Shown here piece by piece: positions 26,475 through 38,775 of a stretch of 64,000 nt of DNA. The DNA comes from Eledone cirrhosa. Lineage: Eukaryota. The stretch is taken from the NCBI GenBank assembly GCA_964016885.1, contig OZ024740.1, positions 79,794,001 through 79,858,000 of the forward strand. The letters run 5' to 3'. The stretch's first letter is position 1; every line of letters begins with the position of its first letter. The notes beneath the pieces were generated by a model that had not been told where the DNA came from, did not search any database, and saw only the letters and a program-made list of their open reading frames with translations. The position numbers were made by a program, and so were the translations under genes.

Positions 26475-26883
26475 TTTGAGTGTCTTCTCTACCTTGAGTG
26501 TCACCTCTACCATAAGTGTCTCCTCTACTTTGACTGTCTCCTCTATCATGAGTGTTCCTCTACTTTGAGTGTCTCCTCTACCTTGAGTGTCTTCTCTATC
26601 TTGAGTGTCTTCTCAGTCTTGAGTGTCTCTTCTACCTCGAGTTTCTCCTCTATCTTGAGTGTCTTCCCTATCTCAAATATCTTCTCTACCTTGAGTGTCT
26701 CCTCTATCTTGAGTGTCTCCTCTATTTTGAGTGTTTTCTCTACCTTGATTGTCTCTTCTTTCTTGAGTATCTTCTCTACCTTGATTGTCTTCTCTATCTT
26801 GAGTATTTCCTCTATCTTGAGTGTTTTCTCAGTTTTGAATGTCAGCTCTACCTTGAGTGTCTTCTCTATCTTGAGTATCTCCT
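26475..26883. repeat. 18-bp minisatellite (ccttgagtgtctcctcta), ~22 copies
   Basis: Seen directly; explains the YLECLL-repeat ORF. Confidence 0.93.
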
Positions 26884-27204
26884 ATGATATATCAGAAACT
26901 GTTAAAGTTAAGATATTTAACATTTATTATCAAAGATTATGAAAAAAACCCCCAAAAAACCACACACACAACCCCCCCCCCCCCCCCCAAAAAAAAAAAC
27001 AAGAAAATTATTCCATTTGAAATGTTGTTTTGTTATTGAGGTATTTGACTCTGCTGTCTTCACCATGTCTGTGATATGCTGGGTTAGTTTTGAGTTGTAC
27101 AATAAATTTAATCAATTATATGGTAAATGTCAAGTATTAGAAAAATATTTACACACAGACAGGTACATAGCAACACAATTTCTTTCAGATATTGGTGGTC
27201 TTAA

Positions 27205-27720
27205 TAATGTTTTCTGATTTAGGCACAAGGCCAGTAATTGAGGGGGAGGGAAAAGTCAATTAAATTGACTTCAGTGTATTACTGGTATTTTATTTTATTG
27301 ACCCAGAAAGTCAATTAAATTGACCTCAGTGCATTACTGGTATTTTATTTTATCGACCCTGTAAGAATGAAAGTCAAAGCTAACCTCGGCAGAATTTAAA
27401 CTCAGAATGTAAAGGGCTGTAACTCTATGCTGCAAAGCATGTTGTCTGATGCTCTACCGATACTACCAATCTACCACCCGTTTTTCAGTAATAATGGTTT
27501 CTGATTTAGGCACAAGGCCAGCAATTTTGGTAGTGGGGGGAAAGTCAATTAAATTGACCCAGTGCATTACTGGTACATTATTTTATTCACCCTGTAAGGA
27601 TGAAAGGCAAAGCTAACCTCAGCAGGATTTAAACTCAGAATACAAAGGGCCATAACTCTATGCCACAAAGCATGTTGTCCAACGCTCTACCGATACTGCC
27701 AATCGATCACCCTTTTTCCA
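27205..27720 (-). mobile_element. Tandem copies of a second tRNA-derived SINE family (Meta-domain-like core)
   Basis: Minus strand ctgagtttaaatcc...gcctttcatcct...ggtcgataaaataaagtaccagt...gctggccttgtgcctaaa; also at 58950-59085, 60130-60630, 61570-61710. Confidence 0.78.
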
Positions 27721-28149
27721 TTAATAATAATTCCTGTTACTTTAACTTACTATAAAATAAAATTTAATGATCAAATTTAAGAACTCGTAAATTATAATAT
27801 AAAAACATCAAAATATAGCCAATTATATGCAGGCTCAATATGTTAGCTTCTACAGAAAATAAGCCCAATTTTCTCATTGTATGCTTTTAATTATGATTAA
27901 TTATGAATATTATAATATGTTACTTACAGTTAATTATAATACACATTTATTTTTTCTGCGCGGGGACATAGAAATAATCGGGCTGGATACCCGATCGCGC
28001 AGTTAAACCACTGGGAGTGAAGGACCTTTAGCACTTGTCAGAGCATTCTTCTAGGAGAAGGCATCTCAGGAAACTGGGTTAACTCCGATATAAAACCTGC
28101 GGCTCAGTAGTTACCGATGATGTTGATCTTTTCTTCTTTTCGGGTTAAA

Positions 28150-30135
28150 ATAATAATAATGAAATTATTGTGTAAAGTGCTCAGGTGCACTACAACTCAT
28201 CAAAGGTGCATGTATAGTACATAGAATAATATACAAATGTCAGGGAAGTGAATAGTGTATGAGTCATGATATACATGTGTGTATGTGTATGGAGGGGGAA
28301 CATTAGGTGTAGTGTTGGCGAATCTCGGGAAGCATGGAGGTTTTAAAGGATGCAGTGTCTCGACAGCTAACAACTGATGCAGGTAGTTTGTTCCATTCTT
28401 CAGCAACTCTGAGCGTGAAAAAATGTTTCCGAAAGTCATGGGAACTGTACTGTTTTCTGACTTTGTGGGCATACCCACGTCTGTTAGACACATGGAAATT
28501 AAAAAGGTACTCAGGGTTGTTGTTGGCAAGATGGTTAACAATTTTGTGGGTGTTTACCAGGCGTTGGAGCTTCAATGTATCCATGCCCAGGGAAGCAAGG
28601 CGTTCAGAGTATGGTAGATGCTTGATGGAGGGTATTCGCTTGGTTGCACGTCTCTGAACAGTTTCCAGGCGGTCTATGTTCTGAGCAAGATAGGGGTTCC
28701 AGACTGGTGATGCAAATTCTAAGTGTGGCTGCACCATAGCCATGTACAGCCTTAAATAGATATCTGGAGAGCGGCTGACAAAGGTCTTGCTGAATGATGC
28801 TAAGACACCCTCGGCGCTCTTGACAATTTTAGAGATGTGCTTCGTCCAACGCAAATCGCTGCTGACCGTAATGCCCAGGTCACGTTCACAAGAAGACTTC
28901 TTGATATTAGTGCTGTGGAGGGAGTATGTGGACGCTGGGTTTTTACTCCCAAAATGCATGGTGGTGCACTTGTCCACAGCTAGCTTGAGTTGCCAGTCTG
29001 AGATCCAATGTTGCATTGTGTCCAGGTCAGACTGCAAGCAAGATCTATAGTGTTCAGGATCTGTCCTTTTTATCTCAAGGTACAGCTTGATGTCTTCTGC
29101 GTACTTTAGTACTGTGGTATTCTTTAAGTTGGCATCTATGTCATTAATATATGCCACAAACAAAAGGGGGCCAAGAACAGATCCCTGTGGTACACCAGAT
29201 GACATCTCATATGGTGAGGAATGCTGTCCCAGAGCCGTGACTACCTCTTTTCGACTGAGAATGAAGGACTTCAACCAGTTAAAAAGATCATCCTTCACAC
29301 CCATTGCAGAGAGTTTTGCCATAAGCCTTTTGTGTGGCACAGAATTGAAAGCTTTCGCAAAGTCAAGGTAAACAACATCCACCCATGAGCCGCCATCAGT
29401 AATCCGAGTGATGTCTTCAAGAAACTCGATAAGTTGATCACAGCAGCTGAAGTTGGGGATAAATCCAAATTGCAAGGGCCGGATAAGACTGTGAGAGTTC
29501 CAAAGTGTTTCTCTGACACAGGATTCCATCAGTTTGGCGATGCAACTAGTAAGACTGACTGGACGATAGTTCACAGGTGATGTGCGGTCACCCTTTTTGA
29601 ACAGAGGAATGACACTGGCAGTTTTCCACTGTTCTGGAGTAGCACCGTTGTTCAGACAGAATTGGAAGAAGCGTGATAGCTGGTGCAGAGAAGCAGGTAC
29701 GTAACACCATCAAGACCAAGAGAGGCATGGTTGCGTTTATTTTTTAGGTGATGTCGCAGCATTGCAGGTGTAAATTCCATGGTTGTAATAGAATCCGGTG
29801 TCATAGTTGGTGGAGACGGTACACTCTGGTCTTCAATAGTGAAAATGCCTGCATAGCATTCAGCAATGAGCTCTGCGCATTCCTTGGGGTCGTCAGTAAC
29901 CTGGCTTGTGTGGGGTTTGTGAAGAGGACCAACTGGAGAGTGAGGCCTCTGCTTTGAGTGAACATACTTCCAGAACACCTTACTGTCAGGGCTTGCTGCT
30001 ATGCACTGTTCAAATTGAAGCACTGCCTTTTTAGTCACCTGTTTGAGGTGGTTGGACGATCTATTTCGCCTCTTCCTATTAATGTCTGATTTGTGCAGTT
30101 TGTACTCATGTTCAGCATTGCGACGTTCTTTTCTG
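28150..30135 (-). mobile_element. CR1-group LINE, 5'-truncated; RT ORF 28303-29574 has YAED in place of YADD
   Basis: NYRPVSLTS, YLDFAKAFNSV, GVPQGSVLGPLLF, ERDLG, LETVQRRATK, FFTLRV..WNKLP; (ATT)n tail. Confidence 0.93.
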
Positions 30136-30309
30136 GGTTATAGTTACGTTCAGAGAGTGGGATTGGCTCAGTGCACAGTCTTTCCTCACTTTAAAAATAT
30201 TCTTCACGCACAGGCATTGCACAATTGCATTAATTAATAATTATTGATAGTGTTATTATTATTGTCATTATTGTTATGACCATGCTGTAAAGACTAATTG
30301 CAGACAAAC

Positions 30310-32590
30310 ATCTTAGTTATAAGCTTTTCTGGGTAGGTAAGGATGATGGGTTAGGGGGAGTAGGCATTTTCCTGGCTGAGAGATGGATCGATAAGACAAT
30401 AGAGGTAGTTAGAGTTAGTAATAGAATAATTAAGCTTAGATTAGTTGTAGGCAGGACACTACTGACAATCATCTCTGCCTATGCTCCCCAAGCAGGCCTA
30501 GGTAAAGAAGAGAAAGACTGCTTTTATGAACAACTTTTACAAACAGCCGCAATGACAGAGGATGGAGACATCGTTATGCTAGCAGGGGACTTCAATGGTC
30601 ATGTTGGACAGCTCCAGGATGGTTACACTGGGGTACATGGTGGGCACGGTTACGGCCCACCATGAAGAAGGAGTGAGACTTCTTGAATTTTGTGATGCAA
30701 GCACACTAACCATTTGCAACACTAACTTCCAGAAACCTGCCAACCACCTAATGACTGACAAATCAGGCGAGCACATAAGCCATATTGACTTCTTACTAAT
30801 TAGACAGCGGGACAGGCAGATGGTGTCAAATACCAAGGCGTACCCTGGGGAAGAATTTACCCCACAGCATAGGTTAGTCGTTAGTGATATCTCAGTAAGC
30901 AAGAGACAGAATGAGACATACAGGAAGGTGTGGAGAAGAAAGGTCTGGAAGCTAAAAGACCTTTCACTAAAATACAAATTTAGGAAAGCCCTTCAAGATG
31001 TGTATGACGAAAAAGAAGACGATTTAGAGTCGTATGACGTAGATGATAACTGGAATTTCTTACGTGACAACTTACTGTAGGCTACTGATGAAACATGTGG
31101 CTGGAGCGGAGCTCCAACCAGACAGAGAATGACCTGGTGGTGGAACAGCATGGTAGATAGGGCCATTAGAGACAAAAGACTAGCATGGAAGGCTTGGAAA
31201 AAGGGTGGGAGTAGGGAAGGATATACAGCCGCTAAGAGAGAAGCTAGACGTCTGGTGTACTTAGCACGCAGGGAGGCTGAGAGTAGGAGGTTTGCCAATG
31301 TTCTGCGACGGGAAGATCAGAGACGTGCAGTGTTCCACATTGCAAAGCAGTGTATCAATGCAAATCAGGATGTTGTTGGCGATAAATGTGTCTGGAATGA
31401 TGCCGGTGTACTTAGTGTCACAAATGATCAGAAAAAGGAGGCCTGGAAATGTCATTCTGAGAGACTGATGAATGTGGAGAACGAATGGGAGAGAGAGAAA
31501 TTACCCTCTGTAGATCCAACAGAGGGACCAGCTATTGAGATTGACGAATATAGGGCCCAAGAGGCGATTAAGGAAATGAAAAACGGTAAGGTCGCTGGAC
31601 CATCGAGGATAGTTGCTGAGATGCTGAAGGCATCAGGGGACGTAGGCACTAAACTGGTTGCACACATCATCAATCAGGCTATATATGGTGGTGTCATACC
31701 CAAAGACTGAGAGTGAACCTAGCTAAGACAAAAGTGTTGATGAGTAGAAAAGAGGACAAAACTCTGATTCCGACAGGGAAATGGCCATGTTCGATATGCA
31801 GAAAAGGAACTGGCATAAATTCTATAAAATGCACACAATGCAGATCTTGGGTACACAAGAGATGTAGTGGGATAGCAGGCAAACTAACAGGTAGGGAGAA
31901 ATATGTATGCAGTAGTTGTACAGGGAAATTAGACAGTAGAAGTAGCATTGATAGACGCATTTTTCAAATGCAGGTGGGTACTATAGAAGTGGTTGATAGC
32001 TTCCGGTACCTAGGAGATCAGATTAGCATGGGAGGGGGGGGGGGTTCCGAGGCCATAGTATCTAGAATAAGGACAGGTTGGAAGAAGTTGAGGGAGCTGC
32101 TTCCTCTGCTGACGAAGAAGGGTTTCTCCCTGTGTACGAAAGGCCGGTTATATGATGCCTGTGTGAGGAGCGCGATGCTGCATGGTAGTGAGACATGGGC
32201 AGCAACTGCAGAGGATATGCGATGGCTGAAGAGAAATGAGGCAAACATGCTCCATTGGATGTGCAATGTCAATGTGTGTGAACGACCGAGGATGGATGTG
32301 TTGAGAGAGAAACTGTGTCTGAGAGGGATAGATTGTAGTGTGCGAGAGAGGAGACTGAGGTGGTATGGACATGTGCTGCGCATGGAGGATGACTGATGGG
32401 GGGAGACGTGGTAGAGGTAGACCATGAAAAACATGGGCGGAGGTGGTGTGAGCAGACCTCAGATCGCTGATGCTCACAGTGGAGATGACGAAGGACCGTG
32501 ACAAGTGGAGAGATGCTGTGCTGAATAGGACCCGTCCCACCCTTGCAAGCAGGGAAAAGTGGATGTAAAATGATGATGATGATGATGATT
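30310..32590 (+). mobile_element. RTE LINE: AP endonuclease, linker and RT C-terminus; RT core deleted at ~31710
   Basis: GVGIFL, SAYAPQ, LAGDFNGHVG, HIDFLL, QHRLV, TWWWN; then NLAKTKV, FRYLG, LHGSETW, RLRWYGHV; (GAT)n tail. Confidence 0.94.
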
Positions 32591-32994
32591 TTGGTATCAC
32601 AATTCATAATCACATTATTGATAATTGATGTCTGATTAATGTGTACTGACAAGCATGATGTGAACCCCCAGCCTGTCTGAAAGGTCTGTAGCTCCACTTC
32701 AGTACAGATGCAATCTGTGAAGACCCATCCAACCCTTGCTAGCTTGGAAGGTTGACATTAAATGATGATGATGATGATGATGTATATATATATATATGTG
32801 TGTGTGTGTATAGAGATATGTAAAATCCCGACCACGGTAGCTGAAACCACTTGCCACTGCGGTCAGGATTTTACATATCTCTATACTGACTCTGCATCTC
32901 CCCATGCATTGAGTACTCCACTGATTAGTGGTCTCCTCGTTTCAGCACAGCCGACTCTCTCTCTCTTTCTCTCTCTCTCTCTATATATATATAT

Positions 32995-33283
32995 TGTGAG
33001 TTCAATTCTCAGACCGGGTGATGTGTTGTTTCCTTGAGCAAGACACTTTATTTCACATTGCTCCAGTTTACTCAGCTGTAGAAATGAGGTGATAGCGACT
33101 GGGGTCCCTATCATTCCACTGCAAAGTAGTTGTGGAGGTGCCACAAGAAAAAAGCACCTAGCACTCATTGTAAATGAGGTTGATGTTAGGAAGGGCATCC
33201 AGCTGTAGAAATCAAGCCAAAATCAGTTCCCATCCCACCCTTGCAAGCAGGGAAAAGCGGACGTAAAATGAAATGATGATGAT
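32995..33283 (+). mobile_element. SINE (family of 10100-10435), 5'-truncated
   Basis: Direct match from the B box to the tail. Confidence 0.9.
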
Positions 33284-34391
33284 GTTGTTATACTTTGGGA
33301 GGGTCATGCTGCCAATAAAAACACACACACCTGTTGGTTTTCACTTCTATTTATTATAGATTTCCAGTTGGTTGGTTGGTTGGTTCAATAACCGGACGGT
33401 TGTTTATATATTGTCAACGCTCTTTCATCACACATTCTGTGACCTCCTCAGTGAATGTGTATAACAATATCTGTTTCAACATACGTTTTCTGATAAGAAA
33501 TCTTACAAAACAAATTAAAAAACGTAGTATATATATAAGGAAAATAATTATAAAGATTTGGTTGAAGATGCACCTAATGTTTATATATATATATATGTAA
33601 CATTTGAAATAACAACGAAAAAAAAAATTAATTCACATAAAAAATAAATTATAATTTTTTTAAAGATATAGGTAGATTTTCAGAAATAGTTATGTTTATC
33701 TGAATAGTCTTTGCACGATTTAGTGCAAAGACTATTTAGATAATCATCTTCTAATCTTTAATATTATTTTTCCTATTTAATGTTTGTACAGAAACTCTTA
33801 ATCTTCTAGCATTTTGATTTTCTCACTATATTATATATATTGGAGTCTTTAAAAAGATTTATTTACTTTACTTTATGACTTTACCCCAGAAGTCATGAAA
33901 CTTGTGAAACCGGTAAAGTCATAAAGATTCTAATTGCATTTTCAACTTATTATTCCTATATTTTTACCTGTGGGATATATTAAAAACCTTACTTTTGAAT
34001 ATTCTTGATGATTTAATCCGAATGAAACAGTTCTAGTCCTGTAGAAATCTTTTCTATATAAATCTCTCTCTCTCTCCCTATATATATATATATATATATA
34101 TAAAAACAAATAACGAAACGAAATTAAATTTCGTTTCGCTTCTAACTCACTTTTGTATGACTGACGCTTAAACAATTAAGTTAAAGTGTACATCTACATA
34201 TGTATACGGAAGTATTAGTATGCATATAAATACACACATGTATACATCTGTACATGTACTCAGTTTTTCACTAGACACTTTACAGTGAGTGTCAGCTAGT
34301 CTGTATGTAACCACACAGACGGACCGGGTTTTAGAGTCATACAAGGTTTCAAGGAAACACATTTCCTCTATTCTCCAGAGGGCCAGACAGG

Positions 34392-34436
34392 AATATTGGA
34401 CTAGTTTCGATGTTATTACATCTCATCAGCAATATT
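34392..34436 (-). ncRNA. Canonical minimal type I hammerhead ribozyme
   Basis: Minus strand: aatattg-CTGATGA-gatgt aata acatc-GAAA-ctag-TC-caatatt; GUC site; palindromic stem III ACTAGT. Confidence 0.92.
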
Positions 34437-34860
34437 TACCCATCTTCCGGCTTCTCTGGAGAATTGTAAAAGCACATATGGTTATATGCTTTTTCTATGA
34501 AAATTAGTAGTGGGTAGACTAATTTGCATAGAACGTGAGTCATTGTACGCACCGGTTCAGCGGAAACGATAAAAACAAATAACGAAACGAAATTAAATTT
34601 CGTTTCGCTTCTAACTCACTTTTGTATGACTGACGCTTAAACAATTAAGTTAAAGTGTACATCTACATATGTATACGGAAGTATTAGTATGCATATAAAT
34701 ACACACATGTATACATCTGTACATGTACTCAGTTTTTCACTAGACACTTTACTGTGAGTGTCAGCTAGTCTGTATGTAACCACACAGACGGACCGGGTTT
34801 TAGAGTCATACGAGGTTTCAAGGAAACACATTTCCTCTATTCTCCAGAGGGCCAGACAGG

Positions 34861-34905
34861 AATATTGGACTAGTTTCGATGTTATTACATCTCATCAGCA
34901 ATATT
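34861..34905 (-). ncRNA. Canonical minimal type I hammerhead ribozyme (second unit)
   Basis: Identical to 34392-34436, 469 bp away. Confidence 0.92.
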
Positions 34906-35063
34906 TACCCATCTTCCGGCTTCTCTGGAGAATTGTAAAAGCACATATCGTTATATGCTTTTTCTATGAAAATTAGTAGTGGGTAGACTAATTTGCATAG
35001 AACGTGAGTCATTGTACGCACCGGTTCAGCGGAAACGATAAAAACAAATAACGAAACGAAATT

Positions 35064-35101
<38 letters not shown>

Positions 35102-35145
35102 TTAAAACAATGAAATAAAAAATCAATTCATTAGAGATATACTTC

Positions 35146-35285
35146 ACTGCTTTACGATCGTTTCTAGATGATGATAATACATTGTAGCTATACTCCGTTA
35201 TTGATCTATGTAAGGTTAGTTACAAAATATCAGATAAAGAGAATATTTACTTACAGGCATATCACCAGCTGTTTTCAAAAGTAAT
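35146..35285 (-). ncRNA. Hammerhead with U3-A8 core and very long stem II
   Basis: Minus strand: attactt-TTGAAAA-cagctggtgata...tatcatcatcta-GAAA-cgatcg-TA-aagcagt; palindromic ACGATCGT. Confidence 0.65.
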
Positions 35286-36015
35286 AATAATTTTATTCAG
35301 AATTAGTAGTAAGTTAGTATCGTGTCCTTATTTGGAGGTAGTTAAAGAACTAAACGAATCAAATTGTGTTTTTCTTATGGTGTTAAGATGAAAAGTAATA
35401 CACTTTAGTTGAGGTCATAACCCTTTGAAAGGAATAGTTGAATTGGCATAAAATTCTATTAGGAGGAAAGGGATTGTCAAACTGATAGTTGAATGTATCT
35501 GGTATACTGAAGTTAAAAAGAATGTCAAAATAAATGGTGATTAGTGTTGTATTGAGTTTTTAGGTGAATATAAATTAAGGTTATGGTTAGGAAAGATAGT
35601 ATATTAAAAGATGAAAATTATAATAAGATAATGAAATACAGTAATGCGATAATATAAAACTTAACCAACACAATATAGTACGGTGTGGTAAATTGCACTT
35701 AGTATAATACAGCATATGATACGCTCTAAAATACTATCAAGTATGTTTATGCATAAATAATCAAACTCAGATAAATACATGTTGGCATAGTTAAAACACA
35801 TAAATTTCATAGATTACAAAGTGCATATACCCACACTATATATAGAGAGAGGTACAGTTATATTGATATCCAACCAAAAATATACATATGCACAAATAGA
35901 TGCAAACCTAAATACACATTTACATATATGCACATAATCATATACACACATATCCATACATATCTATATCCACACATACACACCTATACCCACATATACA
36001 TACATAGATATATAC

Positions 36016-36054
<39 letters not shown>

Positions 36055-37391
36055 CACACACGCATATATGTATGTGTGTGTATGTACACTCCTCATACAT
36101 GTACACACACTCATATATAAACACTCATACACCTATACTCACATATACACACACACAAACACACATATGTATATACACATACCCACACACACATACATAT
36201 ACATATATATATACATACATATATACACATACATAAATATATATATATATATATACACACACATAAATATATTTCCATATCATACATAGATATATATTTA
36301 CTCATGCAATTACGTGTGCTTGTGTACCTTGTTGCCTTTAGTCATTAACGCATAAACCTAAAACATTAATAGGTAAAAAATAAGCATGAATGCATATAAT
36401 TAGGGGAAAGGGGTACTAATAAATGTTACTCTATATAGAATTATAGTGAGTTGCTATTTAGAATATTTAATTAGGTTTATAGTATTTAAATGTTCTTCGT
36501 ATACAGTGATTACAAACTATGATCAGTTCCTGCCTTTTATTAATAAATCGTCCTTAGATTTAGTAATTTCCAAGATCTCCCCTGAACATAATCTGCATTC
36601 CCTCCTGTTCCCAAGATATGGAGTTCTTTGTAGAATGGTGTTTCACGATAACTTGAAATCTATTTTTTTCTTTTTATAATTATTTACTGCTTCAGCTAAA
36701 GATGTGGTGTTAGTTAGGTTAGTATTGTTGAAACTACTAGAGTGTGCGTAAAATCTTTTCTTAAATGTGTTTGATGTAGATCCTATATATGATTTGTTGG
36801 AGTCTGTAGTAGACACAGTGCATTTATATATTACAATATATTTAAGAAAAGATTGCACACTCTAGTAGTTTCAACAATACTAAACTAGCTAACACCACAT
36901 CTTTAGCTGAAGCGGTAAATAATTATAAAAAGAAAAAAATAGATTTCAAGTTATCATGGAACACCATTCTACAAAGAACTCCATATCTTGGGAACAGGAG
37001 GGAATGCAGATTATGTTCAGGGGTGATCTTGGAAATTACTAAATCTAAGGACGATTTATTAAATAAAAGGCAGGAACTGATCATAGTTTGTAATCACCGT
37101 ATACGAAGAAGATTTAAATACTATAAACCTAATTAAATATTCTAAATAGCAACTCACTATAATTCTATATAGAGTAACATTTATTGGTACCCTTTTCCCC
37201 TAATTATATGCATTCATGTTTATTTTTTACCTTTTAATGTTTTAGCTTCCTTAGGTTTATGCGTTAATGACTAAAGGCAACAAGGTACACAAGCACACGT
37301 AATTGCATGAGTAAATATATATCTATATACATATATATATACATATATATAGTAAATATATATCTATATACATATATATATACATATATAT

Positions 37392-37441
<50 letters not shown>

Positions 37442-37583
37442 ATATATATGTACATATATGTGTGTGTGGGTATGTGTATATATATATATATGTGTGTATA
37501 TGTGAGTATAGGTGTATGAGTGTTTATATATGAGTGTGTGTGCATGTATGAGGAGTGTACATACACACACATATATATATGTG

Positions 37584-37620
<37 letters not shown>

Positions 37621-38381
37621 GTATATATATGTGTGTATATATATATATGTATATATGTGGGTATAGGTGTGTATGTGTGGATATAGATATGTATGGATAT
37701 GTGTGTATATGATTATGTGCATATATGTAAATGTGTATTTAGGTTTGCATCTATTTGTGCATATGTATATTTTTGGTTGGATATCAATATAACTGTACCT
37801 CTCTCTATATATAGTGTGGATATATGCACTTTGTAATCTATGAAATTTATGTGTTTTAACTATGCCAACATGTATTTATCTGAGTTTAATTATTTATGCA
37901 TAAACATACTTGATAGTATTTTAGAGCGTATCATATGCTGTATTATACTAAGTGCAATTTACCACACCGTACTATATTGTGTTGGTTAAGTTTTATATTA
38001 TCGCATTACTGTATTTCATTATCTTATTATAATTTTCATCTTTTAATATACTATCTTTCCTAACCATAACCTTAATTTATATTCACCTAAAAACTCAATA
38101 CAACACTAATCACCATTTATTTTGACATTCTTTTTAACTTCAGTATACCAGATACATTCAACTATCAGTTTGACAATCCCTTTCCTCCTAATAGATTTTT
38201 ATGCCAATTCTACTATTAACACCATTCAACTATTCCTTTCAAAGGGTCATGACCTCAACTAAAGTGTATTACTTTTCATCTTAACACCATAAGAAAAAAA
38301 CAATTTGATTCATTTAGTTCTTCAACTACCTCCAAATAAGGACATGATACTAAGTTACTACTAATTCTGAATAAAATTATT

Positions 38382-38509
38382 ATTGCTTTTGAAAACAGCT
38401 GGTGATATGCATGTAAGTAAATATTCTCTTTATCTGATATTTTGTAACTAACCTTACATAGATATAGCTACAATGTATTATCATCATCTAGAAATGATCC
38501 TAAAGCAGT
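38382..38509 (+). ncRNA. Same hammerhead in the right arm, stem III decayed
   Basis: attgctt-TTGAAAA-cagctggtgata...tatcatcatcta-GAAA-tgatcc-TA-aagcagt. Confidence 0.55.
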
Positions 38510-38775
38510 GAAGTATATCTCTAATGACTTGATTTTTTATTTCATTGTTTTAACTTATATCATGACTCTGTTTTCCTTTTAATGTTTTATTGTTTTCCGA
38601 GATTTATCTTAACCTACAACATTTTCAACATATGGATTACATCGAGTTCTTCATGCAGAATAGACCCCACAAATTACTGTGGATACCTCTGTGTATATAT
38701 ATATATATATATATCTGTCTCTCTCTCTATCTCTCTCTCTCTCTCTCTCTCTCCCTATATATATATATATATATA

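Larger units (their letters stand above)
34101..35068 (-). repeat. Head-to-tail tandem of a 469-bp unit (2 copies + 30 bp) in (TA)n; retrozyme candidate
   Basis: Unit starts at 34101, 34570 and 35039; three substitutions seen between the full units; one hammerhead per unit. Confidence 0.93.
35096..38559. mobile_element. 3.5-kb fold-back of Naiad-like PLE 3' ends (arms 35096-36747 / 36855-38559)
   Basis: Arms are reverse complements; GIY-YIG remnant VIYKC-SYIGSTSNTFKKRFYAH at 36643-36858 (-); hammerheads near both outer ends. Confidence 0.93.

Noticed and set aside
26552-26942. Leucine-rich-repeat-like protein
   Set aside because: Product of the 18-bp minisatellite
28303-29574. Active reverse transcriptase gene
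   Set aside because: 5'-truncated, YADD mutated to YAED, upstream frameshifts
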